Positions 8,103-18,252 of a DNA stretch of 64,000 nt are shown one piece after another (the first letter of the stretch is position 1; every line of letters starts with the position of its first letter). This DNA is from Clostridia bacterium (GTDB taxonomy: Bacteria > Bacillota > Clostridia > Monoglobales > Monoglobaceae), in assembly GCA_017620615.1 (NCBI GenBank), contig JAGAUW010000012.1, forward strand, positions 30,221 to 94,220, in the 5' to 3' direction. The translations under genes and the position numbers were made by a program. The notes under the pieces are model-generated. The model was not told where the DNA came from, did not search any database, and was given only the letters and a program-made list of their open reading frames with translations.

Positions 8103-10733
8103 ATGGAAAAGATAAAAGGTTTGTCAAAGGAACAGGTTGAAAAATCAAGAATGGAGAGTGGGGATAACCACCTTTCAGAAAAGGAAAAGACAACGCTCTG
8201 GCAAAAATACTGGGAAAAGTTTGATGACCCCATAATAATTGTTTTGCTTATTGCTCTTGGAATAAATATTGTGTTCACCTTTTTGGGAAAGGTGGACTGG
8301 TTTGAATGTGTAGGTATATTTGTTTCAATTCTTATTGCAACCTGTGTGAGTGCTCTTTCTGAATACAGAAACGAGGAGACTTTCAGAAAAATTCAGGCTG
8401 AGGCATCACGGATAATGTGCAAGGTATATAGAGATGGGGACCTTTCGGAAATCATCATTGATGATATTGTAAAAGGGGATTTTGTGCTTCTTCAGGCGGG
8501 GGACATTGTACCTGCGGACGGGTTTGTTGTAAGTGGCAGTATAAAGGTTGACCAATCAGCCTTAAATGGTGAAAACCGAGAGATTATGAAAACGCCCTTT
8601 GGAAAACAGCCTCAGTATCGGACAAGGCTGGTGGATTTCTGGGATAAAAACAGTTTATATCGGGGCGGAATTGTGTGCAGCGGTCAATGCATTATGGAGG
8701 TTACGCAGATAGGAGATGAAACTGTTTATGGTAGGCTTAGCAAGGAAGGTGAGGATAAAGACAGAAAAAGTCCTCTTCAGGTAAAGCTCTCGGACCTTGC
8801 AAGATGGATAAGCGGTTTTGGATATATGGGTGCGGCACTGGTAACGGCTGTTTATATCATCAAAAAGGTTTTTGTGGAGAACGGCTGGAACGCCATGATG
8901 ATTACGGAATATTTTTCGGATAAGGCACAGGTGTTTTCGGATGTGGTAAACAGCGTTATTGTGGGGATTACCGTTGTGGTTATGGCTGTTCCCGAAGGAC
9001 TTCCTTTGATGGTTGCCATTGTTTGCTCACTCAATATGAAAAAAATGATGAAAAGCAATGTTCTTGTAAGAAAGCTAATAGGCATTGAAACGGCAGGAAG
9101 TATAAACATTTTGTTTACCGACAAAACGGGGACAATAACCTGTGGGAAGCTCTCTGTTACGGAATTTGTAGATGGAGCAGGAAATACATATGACAGCAAA
9201 AGGGGACTTTCAGAATTTCACAGACAAATGGTTGATATATCGGTGCTTGGAAATTGCACAGCACAAATGTCAAAGGGCAAGGTGGTAGGCGGAAATGCCA
9301 CAGAAAAGGCACTTCTGGAATTTGTCTATCAGGGTGATAACCCCACTGTGCGACTTGAAAAAATGAGAGAAACGCTGTTTTCAAGTGAAACAAAGTTTTC
9401 CGAGGCTCAGGTTTGCGGGGATTTTCAAGGTGTGCTTATTAAAGGTGCCCCTGAAAAGATACTTAAAAATTGTGACAGCTTTTTTGACGAGGCGGGGCAA
9501 AAACACAGCTTTAAATCCACAAATCATCTGCAAAAAATTATTGACCGCATGGCTATGCGGTCAATGAGGGTTCTGGCACTTGCTGTGTCGGATAGTTATT
9601 GTGAGAACGAAATTCCTGAAAAAATGACACTTGTAGGGCTCATCGGAATAAGAGATGACCTTAGAATTGACGTGACTGCATCTGTGAGAGAGGTGAAGAG
9701 GGCAGGAATACAGACTGTTATGATAACAGGTGACAAAAAAGAAACCGCCATTGCTATTGCAAAGGAGACGGAAATTCTTGACAGCGCTCAAAATGTGGTG
9801 CTCACATCAGAAGACCTTCAAAGAATGAGTGATGATGAGGTGTGTGAAATATTGCCGAGTCTCAGAGTTGTGGCAAGAGCACTTCCCACCGACAAGAGCC
9901 GACTTGTGAGACTTGCACAGGAAAAAGGTCTTGTTGTGGGGATGACAGGCGACGGTGTAAATGACCTGGCGGCGCTCAGGCGTGCAGACGTTGGATTCGC
10001 TATGGGGAGTGGTGCTGATGTGGCAAAGGAAGCGGGGGATATTGTCATTCTTGATGACAATTTTTCATCTGTCAAGTCGGCTGTGCTTTTTGGACGGACA
10101 ATATATAAGAGCATAAAAAAATTTATTGTCTTTCAGATGACAATAAATATAGCAGCAGTATTGGTTTCGGCATTTGGACCACTTGTTGGTATCGACAAGC
10201 CCCTGGGAATAACCCAGATGCTTTGGGTGAATCTTGTGATGGACACACTTGGTGCCATAGCCTTTGGCGGCGAGGGGGCTCTTAAAAAATATATGCTTGA
10301 CAGACCAAAGAAAAGGGAAGAAAAAATCCTTGACAAAAAGGCATGGAGTCAGATAGCGGTGAACGGTATGTTCATATTTCTTATGAGTATGTTTATGTTT
10401 TTGTCAAAGGATATGCACTATGCCTTTCGTCAGGCAGATAATGATATGATTTTTTACACCGGTTTTTTCAATTTCTTTGTATTTGCAGGGACGATAAATG
10501 CTTTCAGTGTAAGATGTGACGGAATTGATTTGTTTGAAAACATTTCACTGAACAAGCCGTTTCTTGTAATTATGTGTCTTATTATGGCAGTACAGATTTT
10601 TATGACATATTTCGGCGGGGCGGTGCTCAGAACAGCGCCTCTTGCCCCCAATGAATGGGTGACTGCTGTGCTTCCGGCGCTTCTCATAATCCCTCTGGAC
10701 CTCACAAGAAAAATTGTAGTAGGGAAAAAATAA
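8103..10733 (+). CDS. Cation-translocating P-type ATPase (Ca2+-type, P2)
   Basis: 876 aa with DKTGTIT phosphorylation site, TGDKKETA and GDGVNDLAAL motifs, and about 10 TM segments. Confidence 0.9.
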   Translation: MEKIKGLSKEQVEKSRMESGDNHLSEKEKTTLWQKYWEKFDDPIIIVLLIALGINIVFTFLGKVDWFECVGIFVSILIATCVSALSEYRNEETFRKIQAEASRIMCKVYRDGDLSEIIIDDIVKGDFVLLQAGDIVPADGFVVSGSIKVDQSALNGENREIMKTPFGKQPQYRTRLVDFWDKNSLYRGGIVCSGQCIMEVTQIGDETVYGRLSKEGEDKDRKSPLQVKLSDLARWISGFGYMGAALVTAVYIIKKVFVENGWNAMMITEYFSDKAQVFSDVVNSVIVGITVVVMAVPEGLPLMVAIVCSLNMKKMMKSNVLVRKLIGIETAGSINILFTDKTGTITCGKLSVTEFVDGAGNTYDSKRGLSEFHRQMVDISVLGNCTAQMSKGKVVGGNATEKALLEFVYQGDNPTVRLEKMRETLFSSETKFSEAQVCGDFQGVLIKGAPEKILKNCDSFFDEAGQKHSFKSTNHLQKIIDRMAMRSMRVLALAVSDSYCENEIPEKMTLVGLIGIRDDLRIDVTASVREVKRAGIQTVMITGDKKETAIAIAKETEILDSAQNVVLTSEDLQRMSDDEVCEILPSLRVVARALPTDKSRLVRLAQEKGLVVGMTGDGVNDLAALRRADVGFAMGSGADVAKEAGDIVILDDNFSSVKSAVLFGRTIYKSIKKFIVFQMTINIAAVLVSAFGPLVGIDKPLGITQMLWVNLVMDTLGAIAFGGEGALKKYMLDRPKKREEKILDKKAWSQIAVNGMFIFLMSMFMFLSKDMHYAFRQADNDMIFYTGFFNFFVFAGTINAFSVRCDGIDLFENISLNKPFLVIMCLIMAVQIFMTYFGGAVLRTAPLAPNEWVTAVLPALLIIPLDLTRKIVVGKK

Positions 10734-10736
10734 GCT

Positions 10737-11630
10737 TTACACTCCGCTCAAGTCAAAGGGCGGGGTGTATTTTTTATCTGCGCTTTGTTTCCCTTGCACA
10801 AAGGCATTTTCAAAGCCTTTTTGGAAAGCGAATTCTGTAACCGATTCATATTCAAAGGTGGTGAGAGGTCGGTTTATTTCAGGATATGAGGATAAGTGTC
10901 CGTTTGGAGTGTATTGTCTCATTATGCTGAGCAAGAATTTATCGGTTCCAAAGGTGTCCGCAAGGTATGACAAAATTTCGATAGAATCTTGTCTGAGTGA
11001 GGGGAGGACCAGATGACGAACAATGGTGCCGGAAAGTATAATACCGTTTTCTGAAAAGACGGGTTTTTCAGTTTGCCTGAGCATCTCACAAAGGGCGGCG
11101 GTGGCTCTTTCAAAGTAGTCTTCGGCTAAGCTGTATTCTTTTGAAAGAACAGGGCTTTTGTATTTGATGTCTACGAGGTAAATATTGATATAATCTTTTA
11201 AAAGACGAAGTGTATCAAGGCTTTCATAGCCGCTACTGTTGTAAACAAAGGGAATTTTTATTTCCTTGCGCACCAAATCTATGGCATCACAAATCTGTGG
11301 TACATAAGGGGTTGGGGTTACGAGGTTTATGTTGTGAGCACCTTGGGACTCAAGCTCCAGAAAAATTTCGGCAAGGCGTTCTTTTGAAATCTCTCTGCCA
11401 AAATTCTGCTGACTGATTTCAAAATTCTGGCAATATACACATTTTAGATTGCATCCGCAAAAGAAAATTGTTCCGCTGCCCATGGCGCCGCTGATGCAAG
11501 GTTCTTCCCAATGGTGGAGGGAGGCTCTTGCAATTTTGATTTTGTCTGTGGCACCGCAAAATCCCGCACTGATAGTGCGGTCGGCGTTACAACTTCTTGG
11601 GCATAGTGTACAGCTTTTGAGGACTTCCAT
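10737..11630 (-). CDS. Radical SAM protein, PflX-like (pyruvate formate-lyase activase-related)
   Basis: 297 aa. CNLKCVYCQN radical-SAM cluster motif, plus N-terminal CxxC and C-rich segment. Confidence 0.75.
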   Translation of the reverse strand: MEVLKSCTLCPRSCNADRTISAGFCGATDKIKIARASLHHWEEPCISGAMGSGTIFFCGCNLKCVYCQNFEISQQNFGREISKERLAEIFLELESQGAHNINLVTPTPYVPQICDAIDLVRKEIKIPFVYNSSGYESLDTLRLLKDYINIYLVDIKYKSPVLSKEYSLAEDYFERATAALCEMLRQTEKPVFSENGIILSGTIVRHLVLPSLRQDSIEILSYLADTFGTDKFLLSIMRQYTPNGHLSSYPEINRPLTTFEYESVTEFAFQKGFENAFVQGKQSADKKYTPPFDLSGV

Positions 11631-11787
11631 AAAATTCTCCTGTCTTCATTTATAACTTAAGTATATTTCAAAGAAAACCCGGTGTCAATGTTTTGGATAA
11701 ATTTTCAAAAAGATATTGACAAATTTTTCTTAATATGATATTTTATTTTATGTTAAAATAGTTTGAACTTCAAAGTATTTTTGCGAG

Positions 11788-12267
11788 GTGATAATTTTGG
11801 ATAAAAATCAAAAGGAAAGACTCAATTATTTTTTGGTGCATATTTTCAATCACATTTTGTCATGGGAGGAAAGCAGCTTCAAAGAGATGGGGATTTCGGA
11901 TTTATCTCTTCGGGAGCTTCACGTGATTGAAGCGGTATGTAATCTCAAAAAATCAGATAAAAACCGTATGTCAGACATTGCGAATTATCTTTCTATAACA
12001 CCTGGGTCACTCACTACATCGGTTAACACCCTGGTGAAAAAAGGTTATCTTGTCCGTGAGAATGACAAGAATGACAGACGTGTGGTTTTGGTTGTTACAA
12101 GTGAAAAGGCTGAAAAGGTAAATGATATACACGCTACGTTTCATTCTTCAATGATTGAAAAAGTGGCAGAAGCTGTTGGCGATGACGAAAGCCGCGTTCT
12201 TGTTAAAACTTTAGAGAAATTGAGCATATTTTTTACAGAAAAATCGGAAGTGAGGAGAAGAAAATGA
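11788..12267 (+). CDS. MarR-family transcriptional regulator
   Basis: 159 aa. Winged-helix segment MSDIANYLSITPGSLTTSVNTLVKKGYLVRENDKNDRRVVLV. Stop overlaps the start of the next gene (ATGA). Confidence 0.85.
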   Translation: MIILDKNQKERLNYFLVHIFNHILSWEESSFKEMGISDLSLRELHVIEAVCNLKKSDKNRMSDIANYLSITPGSLTTSVNTLVKKGYLVRENDKNDRRVVLVVTSEKAEKVNDIHATFHSSMIEKVAEAVGDDESRVLVKTLEKLSIFFTEKSEVRRRK

Positions 12268-13937
12268 AGAAGGAATTTAAAGGGTATGAGGTTGAGGAAT
12301 TTACAAGTCTTGGTCAGGCGGTAAAAAGGCACGTTGACCGTCACGGCGACAGACCGGCATTCAAATTTCGCGAGAAAAGGGAAATAAAGACGGTTACATA
12401 TCGTGAGTTTTATAATGATTCACTTTATTTTGGGAATGCACTCTTAAAGCGTGGTTTTATTGACAAGCATGTTGCCTGCATCGGCGACAACTGCTATCGC
12501 TGGCTGGTGGTACACAGCACTATGATGAATTCAAACGGCGTTTATGTGCCCCTTGACAGACAGCTTCCCAAACAGGATATTGTGACAGTTCTCAATCACA
12601 GTGATTCAGAGGCACTGTTCTTCACAAAGAAATATATCAAAATTCTTGATGAAATTAGGGATGAACTTCCCAATATAAAGATGTTTGTTTGCCTTGATGC
12701 TGACGCTGATGAGGGTAAGCATCTTTCCTTTGACGATTTGATGGCAGAGGGTAAGGCGCTTGTTGACTCGGGATTTAATGAATATGAAAAAATCCAGGGC
12801 GACACAGATGCAATGCGTCTTTTGGTTTACACCTCAGGAACGACGGGCATGGCAAAGGGCGTTATGCTTTCAGAACGCAACGTTATGACCTGTATAAACA
12901 CGGGTCTTCGCCTTACAAGACTTTATGACAGAGCAATTTCTCTTCTTCCCTATCACCACACATACGAGGGCATAGGTCTTATAGCTGAGCTTGCTTGCGG
13001 AGTTACTATTTTTATCAATGACAGTATGAAGAATATCCTCAAAAACTTTGAGGAGTTTAAGCCTGAAACTGCATTTTTGGTGCCGGCACATCTTGAAGCT
13101 TTTTACAAAAGAATCAACAAGGCAATCGGCAAGAAAAAGCCACTTATTGACGGAATGATTGCCCTGAGCAACGGTCTCAGGAAATGCGGGATTGATTTGA
13201 GACGCAAGATGTTTGGTATGATACTCAAGCCTTTCGGCGGTGAGCTAAAAAAGGTTATCAGTGGCGGTGCGCCAATCCGTCCTGAAATAGCAGACTTTTT
13301 TGAGGCTATTGGTGTTACTGTGGTGAATGGCTATGGAATAACAGAATGTTCACCTCTTGTTGCGATTACACGTGAGGGATACGATGATTGTTATACCGCG
13401 GGTGTTCCTATTGGCTCAGTAAAGGTGAAAATCAAAGACCCAGACGAAAACGGAATCGGCGAGGTCCTAGTAAAAGGTACATCTGTTATGCTTGGCTATT
13501 ACAAAAATCAGGAGGCAACCGACCGCGTGATGGAAGACGGCTGGTTCAACACCGAGGACTTGGGTATGATTGATGAATGTGGAAGACTTAAAATCACAGG
13601 ACGTTCAAAAAATCTGATTGTTCTCCGGAATGGTAAAAATATCTTCCCCGAAGAAATCGAAAACTATATTTTGTCACTTCCATATGTGGCAGAGGCGGCA
13701 GTAACCCCATGGCACGATGAAAGCGGTGAGGAATCGGGACTTTGTGCCCACATCTATCTTGATCCACAAAGCGAAATGGCACAGGATACAGACCGTGAGG
13801 CAAAAATCCGTGATGATGTGTCAAGGGTTATGAAAGAACTTCCCATTTACAAGCAGGTAAGCCGTATAAACATAAGAAAAGAAGAATTCATAAAGACTAC
13901 AACTAATAAGATAAAACGAAACGAGATAGAGAAGTAA
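12264..13937 (+). CDS. AMP-dependent synthetase / long-chain fatty-acid-CoA ligase
   Basis: 557 aa. AMP-binding motif YTSGTTGMAKGV, GYGITE, and C-terminal ...KIKR. Confidence 0.88.
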   Translation: MKKEFKGYEVEEFTSLGQAVKRHVDRHGDRPAFKFREKREIKTVTYREFYNDSLYFGNALLKRGFIDKHVACIGDNCYRWLVVHSTMMNSNGVYVPLDRQLPKQDIVTVLNHSDSEALFFTKKYIKILDEIRDELPNIKMFVCLDADADEGKHLSFDDLMAEGKALVDSGFNEYEKIQGDTDAMRLLVYTSGTTGMAKGVMLSERNVMTCINTGLRLTRLYDRAISLLPYHHTYEGIGLIAELACGVTIFINDSMKNILKNFEEFKPETAFLVPAHLEAFYKRINKAIGKKKPLIDGMIALSNGLRKCGIDLRRKMFGMILKPFGGELKKVISGGAPIRPEIADFFEAIGVTVVNGYGITECSPLVAITREGYDDCYTAGVPIGSVKVKIKDPDENGIGEVLVKGTSVMLGYYKNQEATDRVMEDGWFNTEDLGMIDECGRLKITGRSKNLIVLRNGKNIFPEEIENYILSLPYVAEAAVTPWHDESGEESGLCAHIYLDPQSEMAQDTDREAKIRDDVSRVMKELPIYKQVSRINIRKEEFIKTTTNKIKRNEIEK

Positions 13938-14059
13938 TATCAGTGAAATTTACTTATCTTGCACATTTCTTGTTCTCTCGCATACACAAAGTATAGCCTC
14001 GTTCGCAGAAATGCACAATCTAAACAAATTTTTCATGATATTAGAAAGGTGAAATTCAA

Positions 14060-14084
14060 AGCCCCCAAACAAAGTTTGGGGGCT
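14060..14084. terminator. Bidirectional hairpin terminator (11-bp stem)
   Basis: agcccccaaac-aaa-gtttgggggct between convergent genes. Confidence 0.7.
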
Positions 14085-14090
14085 GTTCAT

Positions 14091-14642
14091 TTACTTTAAA
14101 TTGGATGCAGTATATTGAACTTGTATTGAAAGTCTTTGTTCGAGCACCATAAGTGTCAGTTTGATTTCACCTTTGTTATCGTCTGCTGTGCTCCAGCTTT
14201 CGGTATATTCAGCAGAAGTTTTGCAGTCATCGAAGCTTTCTAACGTCGAAATGCGATTTGAAAGTCCCGGATATGTGGTGGCCTCTCCGTATCTTTCAGT
14301 TAGCTCATTTTTTATATTTTGGAGAAGATTCCACGCATCATCACTTTTGCTGTCTGTAATATAAAAGTATCCGCCACCATATAAAGCATCATCAGCTACG
14401 GTGAAAAGAAGATATTTGGTAAGGTCAGTGCCGTTATATGATACCGGGGCATTAAAACAAAACATACCGGGGGAAGTATCTTCTGTGAGCTCGTCTTGGG
14501 AAATATCAAGAACTTCGTAAATATCAGCAAGCTTTGTACCTATGTGCTCAGAAAAAGAGAAGTCAAGACCACTTTTTTCATTGCTACATCCAGTTATAAG
14601 TATAGATAGTGTAATTAGTAGTGCAGTAATAATTTTTTTCAT
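14091..14642 (-). CDS. Hypothetical lipoprotein
   Basis: Signal peptide plus lipobox MKKIITALLITLSILITGC. No recognisable domain. Confidence 0.6.
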   Translation of the reverse strand: MKKIITALLITLSILITGCSNEKSGLDFSFSEHIGTKLADIYEVLDISQDELTEDTSPGMFCFNAPVSYNGTDLTKYLLFTVADDALYGGGYFYITDSKSDDAWNLLQNIKNELTERYGEATTYPGLSNRISTLESFDDCKTSAEYTESWSTADDNKGEIKLTLMVLEQRLSIQVQYTASNLK

Positions 14643-14699
14643 AGTTAAGTCCTTCCAAAGTATGTATAATGAAAAACGACATCTTTAAGATGTCGTTTT

Positions 14700-14775
14700 T
14701 GGTGGAGATGAGGAGAGTCGAACTCCTGACCCCCTGCTTGCAAGGCAGGTGCTCTCCCAACTGAGCTACACCCCC
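14700..14775 (-). tRNA. tRNA-Ala (anticodon UGC)
   Basis: GGGGGTGTAGCTCAGTTGGGAGAGCACCTGCCTTGCAAGCAGGGGGTCAGGAGTTCGACTCTCCTCATCTCCACCA. G3:U70 identity pair, anticodon loop CTTGCAA. Confidence 0.95.
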
Positions 14776-14866
14776 AAATTTTGTTTGCACTTCTTGGCAA
14801 CAAATGAATTATAGCACAATGTTTCCCATTTGTAAAGAGAAATTTTTAAAAAACTTTTGAAAAAAG

Positions 14867-14895
14867 AAAACAGCTGAAATCTTTCAGCTGTTTTT
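14867..14895. terminator. Bidirectional terminator downstream of rpmE
   Basis: aaaacagctgaa-atct-ttcagctgttttt. Confidence 0.75.
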
Positions 14896-14974
14896 GGTGT
14901 AGAATTTTTAAATTTAAACTTATTTGAAACATCCGAGGACATTTCCTGAAAAAATTATTCGGTAAGAGAAAATA

Positions 14975-15184
14975 TTATTTTCCTTCTTCAAGACCGAAAC
15001 GTTTTCTGAATTTGTCGATACGACCGCCTGTGTCAACCAACTTCTGCTTACCGGTATAAAAAGGGTGGCAAGCTGAACAAATTTCGATAGAAACATTTTC
15101 TTTTGTTGAGCCTGTTTCAATAACATTTCCGCAAGCACACTTGATAGTTGTTTCTTTGTAATCGGGATGTATTCCTGCTTTCAT
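14975..15184 (-). CDS. rpmE: 50S ribosomal protein L31 (Zn-binding type)
   Basis: [20 protein letters not shown]...[13 protein letters not shown]. Start taken at MKAGIHP. Confidence 0.93.
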   Translation of the reverse strand: MKAGIHPDYKETTIKCACGNVIETGSTKENVSIEICSACHPFYTGKQKLVDTGGRIDKFRKRFGLEEGK

Positions 15185-15281
15185 CTCTATATTCACCTCT
15201 TTCTTTAGAGTGTTGTAGCTTAAATCAGCATTTTACATTATAGCATAGCATATCGCTAAATGCAAGCTTTTTTTTAAAAAA

Positions 15282-16127
15282 TTAAAAATTTTTCAGGCTT
15301 TCCTTGATTTTCCCCTTTAGATATGGGAAGTCAAGACTTAGTTCGAGAAAGATTTTATCCGCCCAAAGTCCTTGATATATAAGCATATCAAAGCCGTTCA
15401 GGGTGTTGAAACCATGACTTTTTGCTTCCTTTAAAAAGTTGGTTTCTTCGGGGTTATAAATAAGGTCAAATACCCACGCGTCATTTTTTAGATAATCAAA
15501 AAACGAAAAATCTTCAAAGTCAGAATCTACACCTGTCATGCCGAGGGGTGTTGCGTTGATAAGAAGGTCACAGTTTACTACGACTTTTGATATAGTATCA
15601 GCATCAAAGATTCCTGCTTCTGCCTGACATTTGACAAGCTTTTTGGCAATTGCTTCCGCACTTGACAGGGTACGATTCAAAATGGTGATTTTTTTTGCAC
15701 CCTCCATCTCGGATTTTAACGCAACCGTTGAGGCAGCACCCCCTGCACCAAGGATGACAATGTTTTTGCCACTAAAATCAAATCCGCGATTTTTCACAGC
15801 CAAGGCAAAACCCTGACCGTCGGTGTTGTAACCAAAAAGCTTTCCGTCTTCAATTTTTACAGTATTAACAGCATCAAAAGCCAGGGCGTCTTCGTCAATA
15901 TAATCAAGAAAGCCTATGATATCTTTTTTGTGGGGCATAGTCAGGCTGAATCCGTTTACCCCCATAGTTTTTGCTTCGTCAAGGTAATTTTCAAGTTCTC
16001 CTTTTTTTACACGAACTTTGCGATATTCAAAGTCAAGTCCAAGCTCTGTGAGAACCGTACTGTGTATTATCGGAGACTTGCTGTGTGAGACCGGGTCACC
16101 GATTATGTCAAGCTTAATCTTTTGCAC
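15282..16127 (-). CDS. aroE: Shikimate dehydrogenase
   Basis: ...DIIGDPVSHSKSPIIHS...GYNTDG...ILGAGGAA.... GTG start at 16127 with RBS GGAGGAGG. The longer ORF-track start overlaps aroQ. Confidence 0.88.
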   Translation of the reverse strand: MQKIKLDIIGDPVSHSKSPIIHSTVLTELGLDFEYRKVRVKKGELENYLDEAKTMGVNGFSLTMPHKKDIIGFLDYIDEDALAFDAVNTVKIEDGKLFGYNTDGQGFALAVKNRGFDFSGKNIVILGAGGAASTVALKSEMEGAKKITILNRTLSSAEAIAKKLVKCQAEAGIFDADTISKVVVNCDLLINATPLGMTGVDSDFEDFSFFDYLKNDAWVFDLIYNPEETNFLKEAKSHGFNTLNGFDMLIYQGLWADKIFLELSLDFPYLKGKIKESLKNF

Positions 16128-16572
16128 TAGTGGATGCCTCCTCCAAAAGATAATCCATAGCAAGAAGATAGCCGCGGAAACCAAGACCTGCTATCTGACC
16201 TGTGCAGGCAGGGGCGGTAATTGACTTGTGGCGGAACTCCTCACGCTTATAAACATTGCTTATATGAACTTCTACGGCAGGGAGATTTACTGACGCAAGG
16301 GCATCACGGATTGCATAGCTGTAATGAGTGTATGCACCGGGGTTTATGATGATGGCATCATAATTTCCAAGAGAGTGGTGGATGAAATCAATTATTTCAC
16401 CTTCGCTGTTGCTTTGGATGACTGTTGCTTCAATACCTTTTTCGCTTGCATAGTTTTCAATAAGTGCTTCAAGGTCGGCATAGCTTTCGCTTCCGTAAAT
16501 TCCTACCTCGCGGACGCCAAGCATATTGAGATTTGGACCGTTAAGCACCATGATTTTCATTTTTTCAGCCAT
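16114..16572 (-). CDS. aroQ: Type II 3-dehydroquinate dehydratase
   Basis: MKIMVLNGPNLNMLGVRE...IINPGAYTHYSYAIRDA...VEVHISN. Confidence 0.92.
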   Translation of the reverse strand: MAEKMKIMVLNGPNLNMLGVREVGIYGSESYADLEALIENYASEKGIEATVIQSNSEGEIIDFIHHSLGNYDAIIINPGAYTHYSYAIRDALASVNLPAVEVHISNVYKREEFRHKSITAPACTGQIAGLGFRGYLLAMDYLLEEASTSAKD

Positions 16573-17077
16573 TTTGACTATTCACCTCGTTTATTATTTT
16601 TTCAACTGCTGAGTTTAAATCGGCAGTGTTTTCAATTTCAATATCACAAAAATCTTTATATTTTTCGATGCGTCTTTTGTAAAGTTCAAAAAGCCTTTCT
16701 TTTCCATTTTTGAGTAGTGGCCGATTTGATGAATCAATGTCACCTGCAATAAGCTCTACCGGACGGTTTATGAAAATTACCGTGCCGCCCTGCTTCAGGA
16801 TATCTTTATTCTCGTTTCGTTCCACAATACCGCCGCCGGTGGAAATGATAGCAGCCTTTTTTTTGCAAAGTTCAGTCAGAATTTTTGTTTCCTCATTCCT
16901 GAATGAACTTTCACCGTAGGATGCAAAAAAGTCTGTTATTTTGATATTTTTTGATTCTTCGAAAACTGCATCAGAGTCAAAAAATTCTTTCCCTAAAGCC
17001 ATGGCAAGCTTTTTGCCTATGGAGGTTTTGCCAGAGCCAGGCATCCCTATGAGAATGATATTTTTCATAAAAATCAC
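16565..17077 (-). CDS. aroK: Shikimate kinase
   Basis: Walker A GMPGSGKTSIGKKLA, ...STGGGIVER.... Overlaps both neighbouring genes. Confidence 0.9.
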   Translation of the reverse strand: MIFMKNIILIGMPGSGKTSIGKKLAMALGKEFFDSDAVFEESKNIKITDFFASYGESSFRNEETKILTELCKKKAAIISTGGGIVERNENKDILKQGGTVIFINRPVELIAGDIDSSNRPLLKNGKERLFELYKRRIEKYKDFCDIEIENTADLNSAVEKIINEVNSQNG

Positions 17078-18240
17078 AGCCTTTCTGATGGATAGCTCAC
17101 GGCGTGATAGTTGCCTAAAATTTTCAATTGGGTTGTATTCTCCTGTATGGCGGATATCACGGTTTGAACATTATCATCAAGCAAATTGCCCTCGAAATCT
17201 ATGAAAAACATATATTCAAAGTTTCTGTCATGGCGTGGTCTTGATTCAATTTTTACAAGATTCAGCCCGCTGTTTTTGAATTCTGAAAGGATTTGACAGA
17301 GTGCACCGCTTTCGTTTTGAAGTGTCAAAAGAACACTGATTTTGTTGCAGTTTTCATTCACAATTCCGCGTTTTGCAATGACCACGAAACGAGTAACATT
17401 ATTTTGGGTTGTACTGATGTTTTCAGCTAAAACTCTGAGTCCATAGATTTTGGCTGTACGCTTGTCGGCTATTGCTGCAACAGAAGTATCGCCGAGCCCC
17501 GCTACATACTTTGCGGCAAGGGCAGTGTTGTGGTATGCAGAAAACTTCATCTTTGGGTAGTTTTTGAAAAATTCTTTGCATTGAAGATAACCTTGCTCGT
17601 GGGAATAAACCTCACGGATGGAGTCAAGGGTTGCACTTTTTGGAGCAACAAGGCAGTGAGATATTGAAACATCCATCTCGCTTACAATATAAAGCTCACG
17701 ATTTTCCAAAAGGTCAAAAACCCCTGAAATCGACCCGGTTGACGAATTTTCAAAGGGCAGAACTGCATAATCTGCCTGTCCTTCCTGAAGTGCGTCGAGA
17801 GTTTCGGCAAAGGTCATAACATTTATACGTTTTGTATCATCACCAAAAATTTTCATAAGAGCCGTTTCGCTGTTGGCACCAGCCACCCCCTGAAAAACCA
17901 CGGTGGGATTTTCTTTAAGGGAGCATTGGTCAAACCCCTCAAAAAGAGAATTTTCCAAATTGCCATCTGACAAAAGCTGTCTTTGAGCTTTTCGGCTTAT
18001 TGCCATAATTTCTGAAAAAAAGTCGCGGACAAAGGATGCTTTATCTAAGGGAATCATTGATGCTTTGTGGTCGAGGATTTGTTTTTCACGAGACTTATCC
18101 AAAACGGGGAGATTGTTTTTTCTTTTGTACTCAGCCACTTTTTTGGAACATTCCATCCTTTTCAGAAAAAGAGGAAGAAGCTCACTGTCTATCTGGTCTA
18201 TTTCGTTTCGCAAAGTTTCAAGTTCGTTCATTTTAAACAT
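17074..18240 (-). CDS. pheA: Bifunctional chorismate mutase / prephenate dehydratase (P-protein)
   Basis: N-terminal CM helix (LRNEIDQIDSELLPLFLKRM), PDT domain (TRF motif: NNVTRFVVI), and C-terminal ACT domain (ESRP). Confidence 0.9.
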   Translation of the reverse strand: MFKMNELETLRNEIDQIDSELLPLFLKRMECSKKVAEYKRKNNLPVLDKSREKQILDHKASMIPLDKASFVRDFFSEIMAISRKAQRQLLSDGNLENSLFEGFDQCSLKENPTVVFQGVAGANSETALMKIFGDDTKRINVMTFAETLDALQEGQADYAVLPFENSSTGSISGVFDLLENRELYIVSEMDVSISHCLVAPKSATLDSIREVYSHEQGYLQCKEFFKNYPKMKFSAYHNTALAAKYVAGLGDTSVAAIADKRTAKIYGLRVLAENISTTQNNVTRFVVIAKRGIVNENCNKISVLLTLQNESGALCQILSEFKNSGLNLVKIESRPRHDRNFEYMFFIDFEGNLLDDNVQTVISAIQENTTQLKILGNYHAVSYPSERL

Positions 18241-18252
18241 TCCTTTTCAATT

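Noticed and set aside
7901-8278. 126-codon N-terminal extension of the ptsI ORF in the ORF track
   Set aside because: The conserved Enzyme I N-terminus starts at MLEFNGK (ATG 7900) with an RBS. The extension is low-complexity, A+T-rich, and overlaps the divergent ATPase start.
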